Both the position numbers and the translations under genes were made by a program. From Peribolospora baueri (Eukaryota): a DNA stretch of 46,989 bases. Every line of letters begins with the position of its first letter. Position 1 is the stretch's first letter. Positions 1 through 12,399 of this stretch are shown in pieces. The stretch covers positions 1-46,989 of the forward strand of contig JAMDHS010000126.1 of assembly GCA_029717555.1 (NCBI GenBank), read 5' to 3'. The notes under the pieces were generated by a model. It searched no databases. It was not told the DNA's origin and saw only the letters and a list, made by a program, of their open reading frames with translations.

Positions 1-7
1 TTTGGGG

Positions 8-38
<31 letters not shown>

Positions 39-1177
39 CCTCTTCTCGCCTTTGTTCTGTCTTTTTCGCTTCTCTCTGCTGCTGTGGTCCGTTCACCCGT
101 CCGCGGCACGTCCTATTTGTATTTCTAGCCAGTCGTCGTCGTCATCATCATCGTCGTCGTCATTACGCACGGTCGACGACCGACCCGACCCATGTCGCCG
201 GACCAGAAAGACGCGAGATTCCAGTCTGCCGAACGAAAAAAAAAAAAAAAAAAGAAAAAATCAAAGAGAAAAACAAAAAATTCGATGCGACTCGCAGGAC
301 GGGGCGGGGATGGACGGAAACGACGTACGAACGAGGGTCGATGAGCGAGGGGATGGATATGGAGATCCGAATCCAAATCGAAATCGAGAACCAGATCAAC
401 TTTCGGCCTTCCTTCCTTCCTTCCTTCCTCCCGTCCCAATCAATCAATCAATCATCCATCCATGTATTTATCCAAGCGCATCTGGCGTCGCCCAACCCTC
501 CTCTCCTCTCCTTTCCTTTCCTTGGGAGCCTCGGACGGAGGGAGGCGTGGCACACTTGGACGCGACTTCAAGTCAAGTCAGTCGGTCCGACGACGTCGAT
601 GCTGAGGCGACGACGACGGACGTTGGGTTGGATACGCATCGGGTCGTTCGTGATGACTGACACACACGCGACATACGACATCGACATACTGACATACCGA
701 CGTGACACCGCGGACAAGATGGGGGGGCAAAATGTCCTCGCCGGGACCGGTAAATAGTGTACAGGGCTACCGAGGGATGGGGAAGGAGCGGGCCGACCGG
801 CGGGGGTTGGGTTGGGTTGGGCTTGACGGGAAGGAGGGAAGTAGGTCCTAGGATGAGGAAGCCAAACTGGGGAAGGCCCGCATGCGGGATGCATCGAAGC
901 GATGGAGGCGAAGAGAGGTAAAAAAAGAAAAAAAGGGCCAGGAAGAGATGAAGTTGAGAAAGGGGAGCGACACATGCTCGAGCTCGAACGTCCAGCGAGG
1001 CGAGAAGGGAAGAGAAGAAGAAAAAAGAATGCGAACACGGCCGCGAGTGGGGATGCGAACTGGATGACAATGAGGACGCAAGAAGGGAAGGAAAATGAAG
1101 CCGTCGTGGGTGCGCCAAAAACAGGGACGGAAACCGGATAGACATCTGCTTGCTTTCTTGCTCCCCTCACATCTCCT

Positions 1178-4100
1178 TCACCCGTCCATGTCGACATCAT
1201 CGCCCTTCTTGCCCGCATACCGTCCCATCGGCCGATCGTCATCGAGCGTGCCCCTATCGTCCTCGACGTCGTTCGCCGCCTCTCCTCCTCCTCCGGAGGC
1301 GGCGGAAGCCATCTTGCTCATCCCGAGCCCCATCTTGCCAAACGCGCCCAGCACCGCTCCCTCGCCGCTACCGCATCTGCTCATATTCGAGCTCACGCCG
1401 CCACCACCGCCGGCGGCGGTGGCGGAGCGAGCGAGGAAGGACTCGCTCTCGCCAGAGTAAGTAAATCCCCTAAACTTTTCCTGCACGCTCCTCGTCAGCG
1501 GCGAGCTCGCGTCGCCTTTGCCCGCGCCGGCGCCGTTGGGCTTGTGAATGTTCATCGCCGCCGTGCCTCCCGGACCGCCGCCGCCGCCGCTGCCGCTGCC
1601 GCCGGCTCTGCTCGTCGGCGCCATGCCGGGGGCGTTGCGACTGAACGACGACCCTTCGGCGAGGTTGGTTCCGTCGCCGATGCCGGACAACCACGCGGCA
1701 GACGGGTCGTTGTCGTCAAAGATGGCCCCCGCGGCGTCACGCACGTCCACCTCGGTAAACTCGCGGTCAAAGTTGGCCACGCTCTCGTCCGACTCGACCA
1801 TGGGCTTGAACGGCGGGGTGATCTGCTTCTGGTATAACATGTTCCAGTCAATGTCCTTGAAGAAGGGGTGGTCTTTCAAGTCTTGCGATCCTCGCTGTGA
1901 CCCCAGTCGATGTCTTGGGTTTCGGTTCAGGAGCCCTTTGACAAACTGCTTCCCGTCCTCGCCGATCACGCCGCGCGGGAACTTGATCTTGCCAAAGCAA
2001 ATGTTGCGGTACATCGCCTGCGTGTCCTCTGCGTAGAACGGGCTCCATCCGCAGCACATCTCGAACAGCAGACTGTCAAGAACCCAAGGGAGGGCGAGAA
2101 GAGGATCAGCGCGCGTGTTCGTCCAGGGGAAAGCGGGACGACGACTCACACTCCCAAGCTCCAAAAGTCGACCAATTTAGAGTATCCGCTTTCGTCGAGG
2201 AGGACCTCGGGGGCGAGGTACTCGGTGGTGCCACAAAAGGTGTTGGTGAGCTGGCCGGAGGCGAGGTCGGGCTTGGAGAGGCCAAAGTCGCACAGCGCGA
2301 CGTGGCCGGTGGCGTCGAGGAGGATGTTCTCCGGTTTCAGGTCTCGGTAGACGATGTCATACTTGTGCAAGTGCTCGAGGGCGAGGATGAGCTCTGCGAT
2401 GTAGAACCTTGCCCTCTCCTCGATAAACCTTCCCTCTCGCTGAAGGTGCCAAAAGAGTTCTCCGCCAGATTTGTAGTCGGTAACGAAAAACAAATCCGTC
2501 TCGTTTTGGAAGGAAAACTTGAGGCCGACGAGGAAGGGACAGTCGAGGGATTTTTGAAGGATCTTGCGCTCGCCCATCGTGTGGGCGACTTCCTTCTTGA
2601 GCGCAATCTCCTTCTTGTTGAGCACCTTCATCGCGTAGATCCGCTTCGTATCCCTCTTGCGCACTTGGAACACCTTTCCGAACGTACCCCGACCGATGAG
2701 CTTGAGGATCTCAAAGTCGACCGGCGTCAGGCGATGAGGCTAAGAGGGCGACGGGCGTGCGGCGTCAGATCGATTGTCCTTGCTCCCCCAGCAGACACGG
2801 ATGACGACGACGACGCGTGAACTCACCGCCATCCTCTCGTAGCTGATTTGCACTCGCACCTCGCCCGAGACCGTCTCGTCGGACCTGGACTCGAGGGGAA
2901 ACCACTGGTCGACGGTGTGGTCGTGGACGAGCTTGAAGCGGACCTCGCGCATGCCGAGGAAGTCCTCCTCCTCGCCCGAGCGGTCGTACACGGAGATCAT
3001 CAGCGGCGCCTCGTGGGTGACGTCGCTGTGTTCGGAAGCCGGGACGGAAGGGGGCAAGGAGCACAGGGCCATGAGCGTGAGGCTCGGAGGAACGTTCCTC
3101 CCTCGATCGGTTCCCGCAAAGAAACGACTCACAAGGTCACCTCGTGTTTCCAGACGGGACTGTGGGCGGGGCTGGGAGCGACCGTATCTCCGCCTCCGTC
3201 GGCGGCGGCGGCGGGGCGGTCGCGAGACGTCTCGGGCGCCTTCGCTCTCGCCCGGCTGGCCGCCTCAAAGGCTCTGGTGATGCCCCCCAACGAGAGGGGG
3301 CCCCTACCTTGGGCGGCGGCGTCCGCAGCCGAAGCTGCGGACCGACCGCCGGCGCCGGCGGCAGTGGCGGTCGGGATGCCCTTGGCGTCCGCCTCCTCCT
3401 CCACGACCGGCTCCCGACTGACAAACTCGTTCTTGTCGAACTGCACCACGACGTACGGCCTGGCGCGGGGGGAGGAGACGTTGAGGTTGCGGGCGCCGAT
3501 CAGCCTGACCGTGAGATGGCCCTTGGGCGCTTTGACGGAGACGGCACCGCTGCTGGTGGTGGAGGAGGGGGTGGCAGTAGACGAGGAAGCGGCGGGGATG
3601 GAGCCGTCGTGGGAAGCTCTGGAAGAGGAAGCGAGGGCGGTACCGTCAGCGCTGGCGCTGCCATCGCGGCGGTGCTTGTGGGAGGGGTTGCGGGGCGTGG
3701 GGGGCATGCGCATCGTAAAGTCGGGGGGCACGCCGGTGCTGACGCTGGTGGTGGCCTGGCTGTGGGTGGGATGGCCGTATGCGCCGGGGGTGCGCAAGCC
3801 AGAGGGCGTGACGTCGCCGGGGGTGGGGGTGGAGAGGGGGGCGGGGCGAGGATGGGTGGGGACGGAGAGAGCGGCGGAGGCCTGGCCGGAGGCGACGGTG
3901 GGAGCTGCAGGAGCGGAGGTGGGAGGGAGGGAGTCGAAAGGATTGCATTCCGACGAGCCGGCGGCGGCAGGTGCGCGCGGGGTCGTCTTTTTCATCGACG
4001 AGAGAGGGATGGAGGAGTAGGAGTAGTGACGGCGAGGAGCGGAGAGAAGAGGATGAAGGCGGTCGCGGTCGGGGCGAGGGAGGAAGGAGGGAGAGGGAGG

Positions 4101-4776
4101 GGCGGGGGAGGTGGATGGGAGTCGGTCGTCGGTAGCAAAGGCGTGCATGGAGGAAAAAGAAAGAAGGGGGGATGGTGAGTGAAGAGGCGGAGGAATTACG
4201 GGCGCGTATAGTAGAGAAGAGGGGGAAGAGACGGGAACGGGGCGACGTCGACGTCGACGGCCGTGGTGGTGAAAGCGACAGCGATGGCGGCGATGAAGAC
4301 GACGACGACGACACGACAACGACAGCGACGAACAAACAATGAATGGGCCATCCATCCATCCCCAACCCTAACCCAACCCAACCCAACCTAACCCAACCCA
4401 TCGTATCCCATTTCATCCCTATCCTATCATCCCATCCCATCCCATCCCATCCATCCCCGCGTCCGCCGGGGGCCATAAGGGCACATCCTGCCATCTCACC
4501 GCCGCCTCTGTTTGGCTCGCTCCGTCCCGTCGCGTCGCTGGCCACCGGGTACTGAGGCGCCCCCTCGATGGTGGCGTCCGACCGCCCTCATTCTCGCCGG
4601 GTGCCCGTCCCCAAGACAGCAAGACCATGTGATAGACCGGACGCGAACCCTCTGTCGCACCAGCCACGGCCGTGGTCTGTCTGAGGCGTGAGGAGGAGGA
4701 GGAAGAGGAAGGGCAGCAAAAAGCTCACCTGGTCGCTCGGCGCGGTGGGCCACAACTTGTTGCCCAGGTGAAGCAT
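1178..4776 (-). CDS. SCH9: Sch9/Akt-like AGC Ser/Thr kinase with C2 domain (spliced; 5' end uncertain)
   Basis: Kinase motifs DFEILKLIGRGTFGKVFQVRK, YAMKVL, IVYRDLKPENILLD, DFGLSK, TNTFCGTTEYLAPE; AGC C-tail with hydrophobic motif FRGFTY; C2 domain (GHLTVRLIGARNL..PYVVVQF); GTGAG..AG introns join ORFs 3129-4355, 2740-3132, 2146-2673 and 1178-2164. Start placed at a putative 48-nt exon 4776-4729; alternative ATGs lie at about 4148 and 3995. Confidence 0.93.
4360..4457. repeat. (CCCAA)n/(CCCAT)n pentanucleotide microsatellite
   Basis: Visible run cccaaccctaacccaacccaacccaacc...catcccatcccatcccatcc. Confidence 0.85.
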
Positions 4777-5629
4777 GGCTGCCGAATGCGGAGTACAATA
4801 CAGAAGGCGGTGTGGCGGATGGCCGATCCCGATGGCGGAGGGGCGTTGTACGGGGTTAGCGTGCGTGGCGTAGCGTCTATGGACGGCCGGCCGGGTCGGG
4901 TTGATTCGATCGAGGAGACCAGTGGTGCGGTCCCCGGTCTCGTGTCGGCTGACTGACTGTCAGAGGGTCGCAGGGACGGGTGCCGGCGGGGTGGCGAGGG
5001 AAGGAGGATGTTGAGATGAACGACAGAGAGGGAGCGATATATGGAGCGGGCTCGAGTCGATGTCTGTCGGTCTGGTCTGGTTGGTCGGTTGGTTGGCTGG
5101 CTGGCTGGCCGGCCGTCTTAGGTCCGTCTAACTGTTCGTCTGTCTGTCCGTCCGCTTGTCCGTCCGTCGGCCCGTCGTCGGTGGTGAAAGAAGGGATGGA
5201 GGGAGAAGGAGAGGAGAATGGTCGACTCGGATGAGCGAGGTGAAAAGCGTCGTTGTGGTCGTGATCGATACGATAGTCCGTCGTCGTCGTCGTCCTCGTC
5301 GTCGGCGAGTGCAAACTCTTTTCTCAGGCTCAGCCAACGTCGTCGTCCGTCATCCGTCGCCGGTTCGATCGACGGCTGACGGAGGAGAGAAGGACAGACA
5401 GACTGACTGACTCCGTCCCGCTCTCCACCCTCGGCGGCGTCCCGGACAAGTTCCGTAGCGCGCTATTAGCGACCACGACGCCGCCGTTCCTTTTTCGCTC
5501 GCTCTCCTTCCTCCGCACCCGCACACGCACGCCCCGGCAGGGACGGGACGGGACGATAGGGGCCAGACACATACAGACAGACGATGGACGGGGGGAGGGA
5601 GGATGGCAATAAACAGAATAGACGGGCTG

Positions 5630-5748
5630 TAGACAGACAGACAAACAGACAGACAGACAAGACAACCGACGGACAAACAGATACACCGACGGATGGATGG
5701 ATGGATGGATGGATGGATGGATGGATGGATGGAGGGATGGAGGGATGG
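5630..5748. repeat. (CAGA)n and (GGAT)n tetranucleotide microsatellites
   Basis: agacagacagacaaacagacagacagac, then about 10 tandem ggat units from 5691. Confidence 0.9.
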
Positions 5749-6363
5749 CGTAGGTGGACACCAGACGACACCCGTCGGCGACTGGACGCCATCCCCTCGT
5801 TCGGCTCGCCTCCGTAGTCATCCTAGTCCCACCTAGAGCCAGCTCGGTGACGGCTTATCGCCCCCTCCACTCTGACACGTCAGTCAGTCAAGAGTCGCCC
5901 AAAGTAAAGCCCACCACGACCCGACCGTCCCTTCCCCTCCTCGCGTTCGATCGGCCTTGCGACCACGCCGGCGACGGAGGATGAAGGACGATCACGCACC
6001 CATCCGTTTGCCTGGTTTGGTTTGCACAGAGCGATGCGGGAAAAAGAAAAGGCGACGATGCTAAGCACGGCTAAGACGGCCGGAGCGACATGTCTAGAGC
6101 CACATGACACGATATGACATGAGATGACATGGGAGGCGCAGCATCGCACGACGCCGGCGGAGGGACGGTACGACGGACGGCGACGCCATCGCCGGTCACG
6201 CCGCCCTTGACGTCACACGAGACCGACTGACAGACAGGCCGACAGAAGACACATGATCCGAGCATTCTACCCGCATCCACCCATCACCGTAACAGGACAC
6301 CAAAACAAGTCCGCAGTGGCTCGCTCCTTCGACCGAGCGCGGTTCGCAAACAAAGTCCGCCCA

Positions 6364-9300
6364 TCAACCCCTGCCCGGCGTCGTCCTTCCGTCCCTCCCA
6401 TCCCTCCTGCTCTTCTCTCTCCTCTCCCACTCCCGGTCCGTCTTCTCCCTCTCCCTCCTCTCCCCACCCCCGCCCTCCCTATCCTTCTCCCTCGGCTTTC
6501 GAAAGCACAAAAACTCAAGCGCCGTCGCCTTTCGACTATTCAAAAGCGTTTCCCGAGCTCTCTCCGTCTCCCTCGTCAACTCGTCTCCCGGTGCGTTGCG
6601 GTCGTACTGCTTGCTGATCATCTCGTATACCGCTTTGAGCGTCCTTTCCGTCTCTGCCGAGCCTACGATGTATTGCGATAGTACCTGGTGAACAAACTCG
6701 CACCCCAGCGTCGCCTGAACTCGTCGTCGTCGTCGTCGTCGTTCCCTGTTCGTCAGCCCGATCCGCCCGCTTACTTACTCGTTCGCTCAACTCAAACTCA
6801 AACTCACCTGTAACATCCCACCGCTCCCAAACTTTTTGACTTTTCCAAAGCTCTCCAAAATCTCCCGCGCCAGGTCGCCGACGAGCGCGGTTAGCGTCCG
6901 GTGCACCAGCGGCGGTGCCACCGACCTCACTTGGGCGTGGATTTGGACGAGCGAGAGCAGCGCGTCGTAGATGAACGGTTGAATGCCTGCGATCATCGCG
7001 CGGCGCAACTTGGGGTCAGACCGCGTCACGCCGTCCGCCTTGGCCCATCCCTTCACTCACCTCTCGGCATCGGCAGTGTCACCCAGTCCACGCCGCTCTT
7101 CAACACGCCGTGCCGAATGATACCGGCAATGATCTCCGCCTTGCGCTTCACAAAGTCATCGAACAGGATCTTGTCCATTTCCGAAATCGTCTCCCTTCCC
7201 ACCTGTCCTCCGACCCAAACGGTTTTATTTGTCTTAGCATCTCGGCGCCCGCACGCCGTCGACCGTACCGGACCGGACGTCACTCACCGCCAGCTCCTCC
7301 GTCATGTCCACCTTGAACGCCGTATGGAACTGGTCCATGAGCTTTGGAATCAACTCCGTGCTCAGGTAGTCCAAGTTGCTCACGGTCAGCAGCAGACGCG
7401 TGTCCTGCTCCCTCCCACCGTCCCAGGGGCACCGTCAGCACAGAGTCCACACCTTACGCGTTCATCTCATCTTACTCACCGGGTCTCGCAGGTTGCGCCG
7501 CATCTTTCCTTCCGATACGTTTTCCTCCTCCCTCGACGACGCCAACGGGTTCGCCGAGGCATAATCGGAAAAGCCGAGGTGGACGAGACCGTCGAGAAAG
7601 GCATAGATCGAGTCGAGAAAGGCTTGTCGGATGAGGTTTGTGAAATCCGAGCTTATCGATGCCTACGTTCGTCGACAACAGACAACCAAGCCAGTTTGAT
7701 TTGAATGGATCGAAACAAAAACACGATGCGTCCGCCCAGTCCGCCCAACCAAAACTCACCGCAGACCCCGGCTTTAGAGCGTTATCCTCCTTCCCCCCCG
7801 CTATCCGATACGCCGACCGAAGACTGCTCGTCTGCACCATGTTAAAGTCACGCATGTAAAGCGTCGTCGCAGGTCGGTCCGGTTGCAAAGCCCACGATTC
7901 GAGCTTCCACAGGATTTTAGAGTCTACCGGGGGGCAACGTCCGTCCATCCGACGTGAGCGAGCGACCTACGCGCGTCGTATCGCCCAGGCACTGCGCCGG
8001 ACTCACCGTTATGCCAGCTCTGGCACAGAACCTCTTCAAACCTCCATCGGCAGTTCATCACAAGACCCCTCAAGCTGGCCGCCGTCTTCTTGCTGATCTC
8101 CAGCATGGCCAGGTCGTTGACGCATTCGGATAGCTCGGTCAAGACCAAGATGCCGTAGTGAGCGTTGGTGATCGAGTTGCTGTACGCTGGCACAAACGGC
8201 GGCAGGCCGGCGGGTGCCAGCGGTGACTTTGGCACGGCGGCAACGTCGGTAAGGGTGAAGAATTGGGAGAGCAGCGATACGAAGAGGTCCGAGATGTCCG
8301 ACGCCATCGCTCGAGATGGGTGGTTCTTGCTGTCCAGCGTCGGATCCTGTGAGAGCGGCGCGCCACACACCAACGATACGATCTCCTAAACTCGTCCTTT
8401 TTTTCCTTTTACAAGCCCGGTCCCCACTCACCTTCTTCAGCCTATTCTCCAGGTGCACCTTGGCCACCTTCCAATAGCTTGGCAACGTTTGCAGCACCGT
8501 CTCCGTGACCGACTTGACCAGTTGCAGGATGGCCTTCCAGTGCTGCGCTCCGAGCACGTCGTCTGGGACCAGCGAAGGCAAAAAAGTATGTCAGGCACGC
8601 ATGGCGACGCAGGGACCCGTCCGATCACGCCTACTCACCATACACAGACTCGTCGTGCACAGATAGCTCTCTCACGCACTTTTGCAAGTCGAGTGCTATT
8701 CGTCGATCGTCCACTCCCGCTTCCTCTGGAGCCGTCCGAACGGCTAGCGAGTGGTGGAACGAATCTACGGTGAGCGCATGCCGCCTTGAAGAGACGCGTG
8801 CAAAACAAACCCACCTTCCACTGCCGCAAAAGCGTCGTTGTAGGCTTTCCGGACGTCCTGCATGATGTGTTGGTGCTGGCTCTCGAAGAACAGCGACGCT
8901 GGGTCGTCTCGTGGATCGAGCTCCAACAGGATCCTGGAGAAAGCGGGGTGCCCGCACAGGCTTCGTCAAAACCGAACAGGGCCTTGACAGCCGAGTGAAT
9001 CCGAAACTCACTCGATTATCTTCTCCTGCTCCTCCCAACCACGGCCCTTCTCCTTCAGTTTCCCCAGACGCGTCGTCCTGAGGTCGCTCATGATCCTCTC
9101 CACGGCCGTCCAGACCTTGTCGAACACGCGCTGCTGCTGGGCAGCCTGCTTCGCGCTCGCCGTCGGGTTCGACGCGACCGCCGGGTTGGCGCCACCCAGC
9201 AGCTGACCCGGTCGCGATTCGCGGAGGTAAAGGCCCTTCTTGTAGTCTCGCATAGCCGCGTCGTACTTGCCCTGTAAACATCAACAGGAACGAACAGTTG

Positions 9301-10469
9301 GAGATTAGCGATGGCGTGACGAACGCTCTGACGACGGAACAACCACGCACCGCTTCGATGCTCTCCAAGAGCGAACCCGGAAGGTTGAAGAAAAAGCGAG
9401 ACCTCTCGAAGACGCCTAGCGTGCTACGAAGTCTCTGGGCCTTGAAGTTGTTCTCCAGCACCGGCACGAACACCTGGTCGGCTTTGATGGTCGCGACTGG
9501 GATGCCGCGGTGCAAAAGCGGTACGATATAGATGAACAAGACGCTCAACCGCGACTTGAAGAACGGAACAACTCACGTTTCAACGCCTCCCGGATTTCGC
9601 GCGTGCCTCGCTCGTTGCCCTCCTTGAGCGGGCCCTCCTTCATCTCCTCGTACACGCCATCCGTGGTGGCTTTGACGCCGACGAAACGGTCAAAGTTGTC
9701 CTCGACGAGGATCTTGAGCGCTTCTGAGCGCTGGTTGATCGAGTCCTTGATGTACGCAATCCCCGCCGCTAGGTCATTGAAGGTTGCATCTGGATGGATG
9801 ACGTGAAGGAAGACCTTGGGGTCGAAAGATTTGGACGAGAGCAAGATCTGGGTGCCTTGAGGTGCAAGGCGCGGGGGAACGAGCGTGGTGCAGCAGTGTC
9901 AGCTCCGGCGCACGCATGCCTTAGAGAGAAAGCGGCCTCACGAGTTTCAAGGGACATCTCCCTTGCCCTGCATAGAAGTGAGGAACGAGTGCTTAGCGAT
10001 AGAACCCGGCGCGCACTACCTGCAACTCGCCACTCACTCGGTCAAAGGTCCCCTCAAACCCAACGGGTCAGGCTCGTCCCTCACCCTGCCCTCCTTCGCA
10101 CCCCCTCCCGGTACACCGCTTCCAGCACCGTCGCCGTCTCCACCGCCACCAGAAGACGTCAGCACGCCGTCGGCGTCGTAATCCACATCTTTCCAAGTTG
10201 TGGGCTCCTGATCCGGCGTGGAGATAGGGGTGGCACTAGGTGAGCCAAGCAAAGCGACGGCGAGGCGTTGCTCATCGGGGCAAAGAGGAAGATGAGCTCA
10301 CCAGGTGGTCTGTCCGATATGTCCGTAGCACTGCGATGGGGCCGCGGAGATGGCGACGACGAAGGCCGCCAGGGTCAGGACGATTGGTGGGCGGTGAGCA
10401 GTGAGAAGAGGCGCCACAAGACTCACATGTAGCGTCATCCACATCCAAAATACCTTTCCTGGAGCCCAT
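6364..10469 (-). CDS. SEC5: Exocyst complex component Sec5 (multi-exon)
   Basis: Segments [125 protein letters not shown]; canonical introns keep the frame. Confidence 0.92.
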
Positions 10470-10611
10470 GGCTTGCTGCGCGCAGACAGAATGGATGGAT
10501 AGCGCAGAACGACAACGAACGGACGAACGGACTCAAATCACGACGTTGACCGCCCGACTCGATCGCGGCGCCGAGGTCGGGGTGGGGGGCTGCGACAAAA
10601 AGTACAAAAAC

Positions 10612-10701
10612 TGAACGCTCACGGGTTCGAACCGCGGACCTCGCCCGCTCCGGATTGTTCCTGTTAAGGATGCGTCATAGGACGGTGGCCTGGCCGCAAC
10701 G
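10612..10701 (-). pseudogene. Degenerate tRNA-Val(AAC) copy with intact B-box, anticodon loop and 14-nt intron position
   Basis: Gap-free alignment to the tRNA at 13093-13180 (offset 2481), 54/68 identical over the 3' part by manual count; TTAACA loop, GGTTCGAAC and downstream T5 runs are kept; D-arm and 5' acceptor strand are degraded. Confidence 0.8.
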
Positions 10702-10861
10702 GTGTCTGCGGGATGTGAATGAAGCGAGACGAGATGGAAAATGGATGGAGCGGAGAGGAGGGACGGACGAACAGACTCATCACGACCTTGCCCGCTCACC
10801 TCGATCGTGACGCCGAGATGGGGACGAGCGCCATGCCATCTGGGTTAACGACGACGACCTT

Positions 10862-10913
10862 CTCCGCTTTAATCGAGAGCAGAGGAGCGCCATCGTGTGC
10901 ACAGACCAGTTCA
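10862..10913 (+). repeat. Copy 1 of a ~55-bp dispersed repeat (CGCTT..ATCGA..GAGC..CGTGTGCAC.GACC.GTTC)
   Basis: ctccgctttaatcgagagcagaggagcgccatcgtgtgcacagaccagttca matches 12961-13015 and 13281-13338; 10742-10788 also matches 12922-12969. Confidence 0.75.
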
Positions 10914-11159
10914 TCGGCTTCCCTAGACACGAGACACTAGTTCACCCTGTTATCCCTCTCTCCCCTTGCTCAGGGTTGGTTTACAGCATTGCACTCTTCT
11001 CACAGTCTCCCTCTACGTTTTGGGGCATGTCCAATGATGCTCACTACTATAAAATGGGTCGCCCGCCGAACTTCGTCTGTTGGGATCCAAGATCTTCCTT
11101 AGCACGCGTCTGGGACGTACAGGTGAGCTCTCAACGAGTGCGCGACGGAATCGCACACG

Positions 11160-11402
11160 AACCTCCTCCTTCCGTCGCTCCTTTCAGTACAGTGACCTTG
11201 TCTTCTCTGCACACGCGCCTCCCCCTTCCGTCGCACCGGCACCTTCTCGTATAGTGACATCTCCTTTCGTCGTTCCTGCCGCTGCTCCTTCCGGTACAGC
11301 GACCTTGGTGCACACGCAACTCCTCTTTCGTCGTTCCTTTCGATACAGCCACATCTCTTTTCGCCGCTACTGACGTCGCTCCTTTCGGTACAGCGACATT
11401 GT
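11160..11402 (+). repeat. Degenerate ~50-bp-period minisatellite, core CGTCGCTCCTTTC(A/G)GTACAG(C/T)GAC(C/A)TTG, 5 copies
   Basis: Cores at about 11173, 11229, 11281, 11329 and 11374. Confidence 0.8.
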
Positions 11403-11669
11403 CTATTCAATCTCTACCCCGAAGCCGAACATCGTCTCATTCGCACTTGGCCAGAGGCGTTGTCTCATTCACACTCAACAAATGTCCTCGCCAAGGACGA
11501 AGAGCGGTCGAGCGAGAGAGAAAGTATAAAAAGGGCCCCGTTTCCCGCCCGCTCTCCATCCCCACTCCACAAGCCTTCTCCTCTGCCGTCTCCCCTCCCA
11601 ATAACTCTCGCTCTCTGCCGCCTCGCTTCATCAGACTACAATATGTTTTCACAGGCCGCCCTCGCGCAC

Positions 11670-11850
11670 CATCACTATCGCTTCAGGTAGGTCGCCTCAC
11701 GCCTATGCCGCACCCACGCATCACTACCGCTTCAGCTAGGCCGCCTGACGCCTATGCCGCGCGCGCCCATCACTACCGCTTCAACCCGGTCGCTCGTTCT
11801 CACACAAACGCAACCTGGGCCTCCCACTCACACCACTACCGCTTCAGCCT
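11670..11850 (+). repeat. 49-bp tandem repeat, core CATCACTACCGCTTCA, 4 copies
   Basis: Units start at 11670, 11719, 11768 and about 11831; the first two also share ggt/gccgcct(c/g)acgcctatgccgc. Confidence 0.85.
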
Positions 11851-12170
11851 GCTTGCCGCCGTCGCTCCCGATACTGCTCCCGCACACGTGCCCACGTCCT
11901 CGCCATGTTCGAGGCCCTCCTACCACCGATGCGTTGCCCTGAACATCTTCAAAGGTCTTTCCCACCCTGCGGTCTCATACCTTCTAATACCTCCGCCGCA
12001 CGACCTCGGTCGCAAATCCACCCAACGTCGGGAAATACAAACCATTCAGCGGTAACGGCAGCACCAGCGGGTGGCCTGGGGGTACACAAGCGACGGCGAA
12101 GCGACAATGGTCTGACCTCGTGTTTTCCCCAACGGATCGCAACGGGTACCAATTGGTGTCCCTCCCTCTG

Positions 12171-12399
12171 GAGGTCCCATTGGAGCTCAGCCCCCTTGTG
12201 GGGAATGGGCGCTCTTGGGTTCCGTCTGGAATGAGGACACTAGGGATGACGATCGTCGCTTCCTCCAAACCCTTCCCCCAAGTAGAAGTGCTCCAAGTAG
12301 ACGTAACATAAGACTCCCCCCATCTGGCATCGCTGCACCTTGAGGTCCCACTGGAGTCCAGCCCCACGCAGGGAGTGCTCGCGTTTGGGTTCCGCTCGG
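12171..12399 (+). repeat. Degenerate ~58-bp direct repeat, copies ~171 bp apart
   Basis: gaggtcccattggagctcagcccc...ttgggttccg (12171) versus gaggtcccactggagtccagcccc...ttgggttccg (12342). Confidence 0.7.

Noticed and set aside
2..1145. Long ORFs at the window start
   Set aside because: They translate poly-T/poly-A and microsatellite tracts in the SCH9 3' region; no protein-like composition.
2848..4178. 390-aa and 344-aa plus-strand ORFs
   Set aside because: Antisense shadows of the GC-rich SCH9 exon; the same applies to ORFs opposite the ANK/FYVE gene, STE24 and NCR1.
4360..4400. Interstitial telomere repeat (CCCTAA)
   Set aside because: Only one perfect CCCTAA, embedded in a (CCCAA)n microsatellite.
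11042..11058. CACTA transposon terminus (CACTACTATAAAATGGG)
   Set aside because: No inverted partner found; the similar word at 12832 is in direct orientation, and there is no transposase.
11160..11850. CRISPR array
   Set aside because: Eukaryotic context, degenerate repeats, mutually related spacers and no cas genes; better described as minisatellites.
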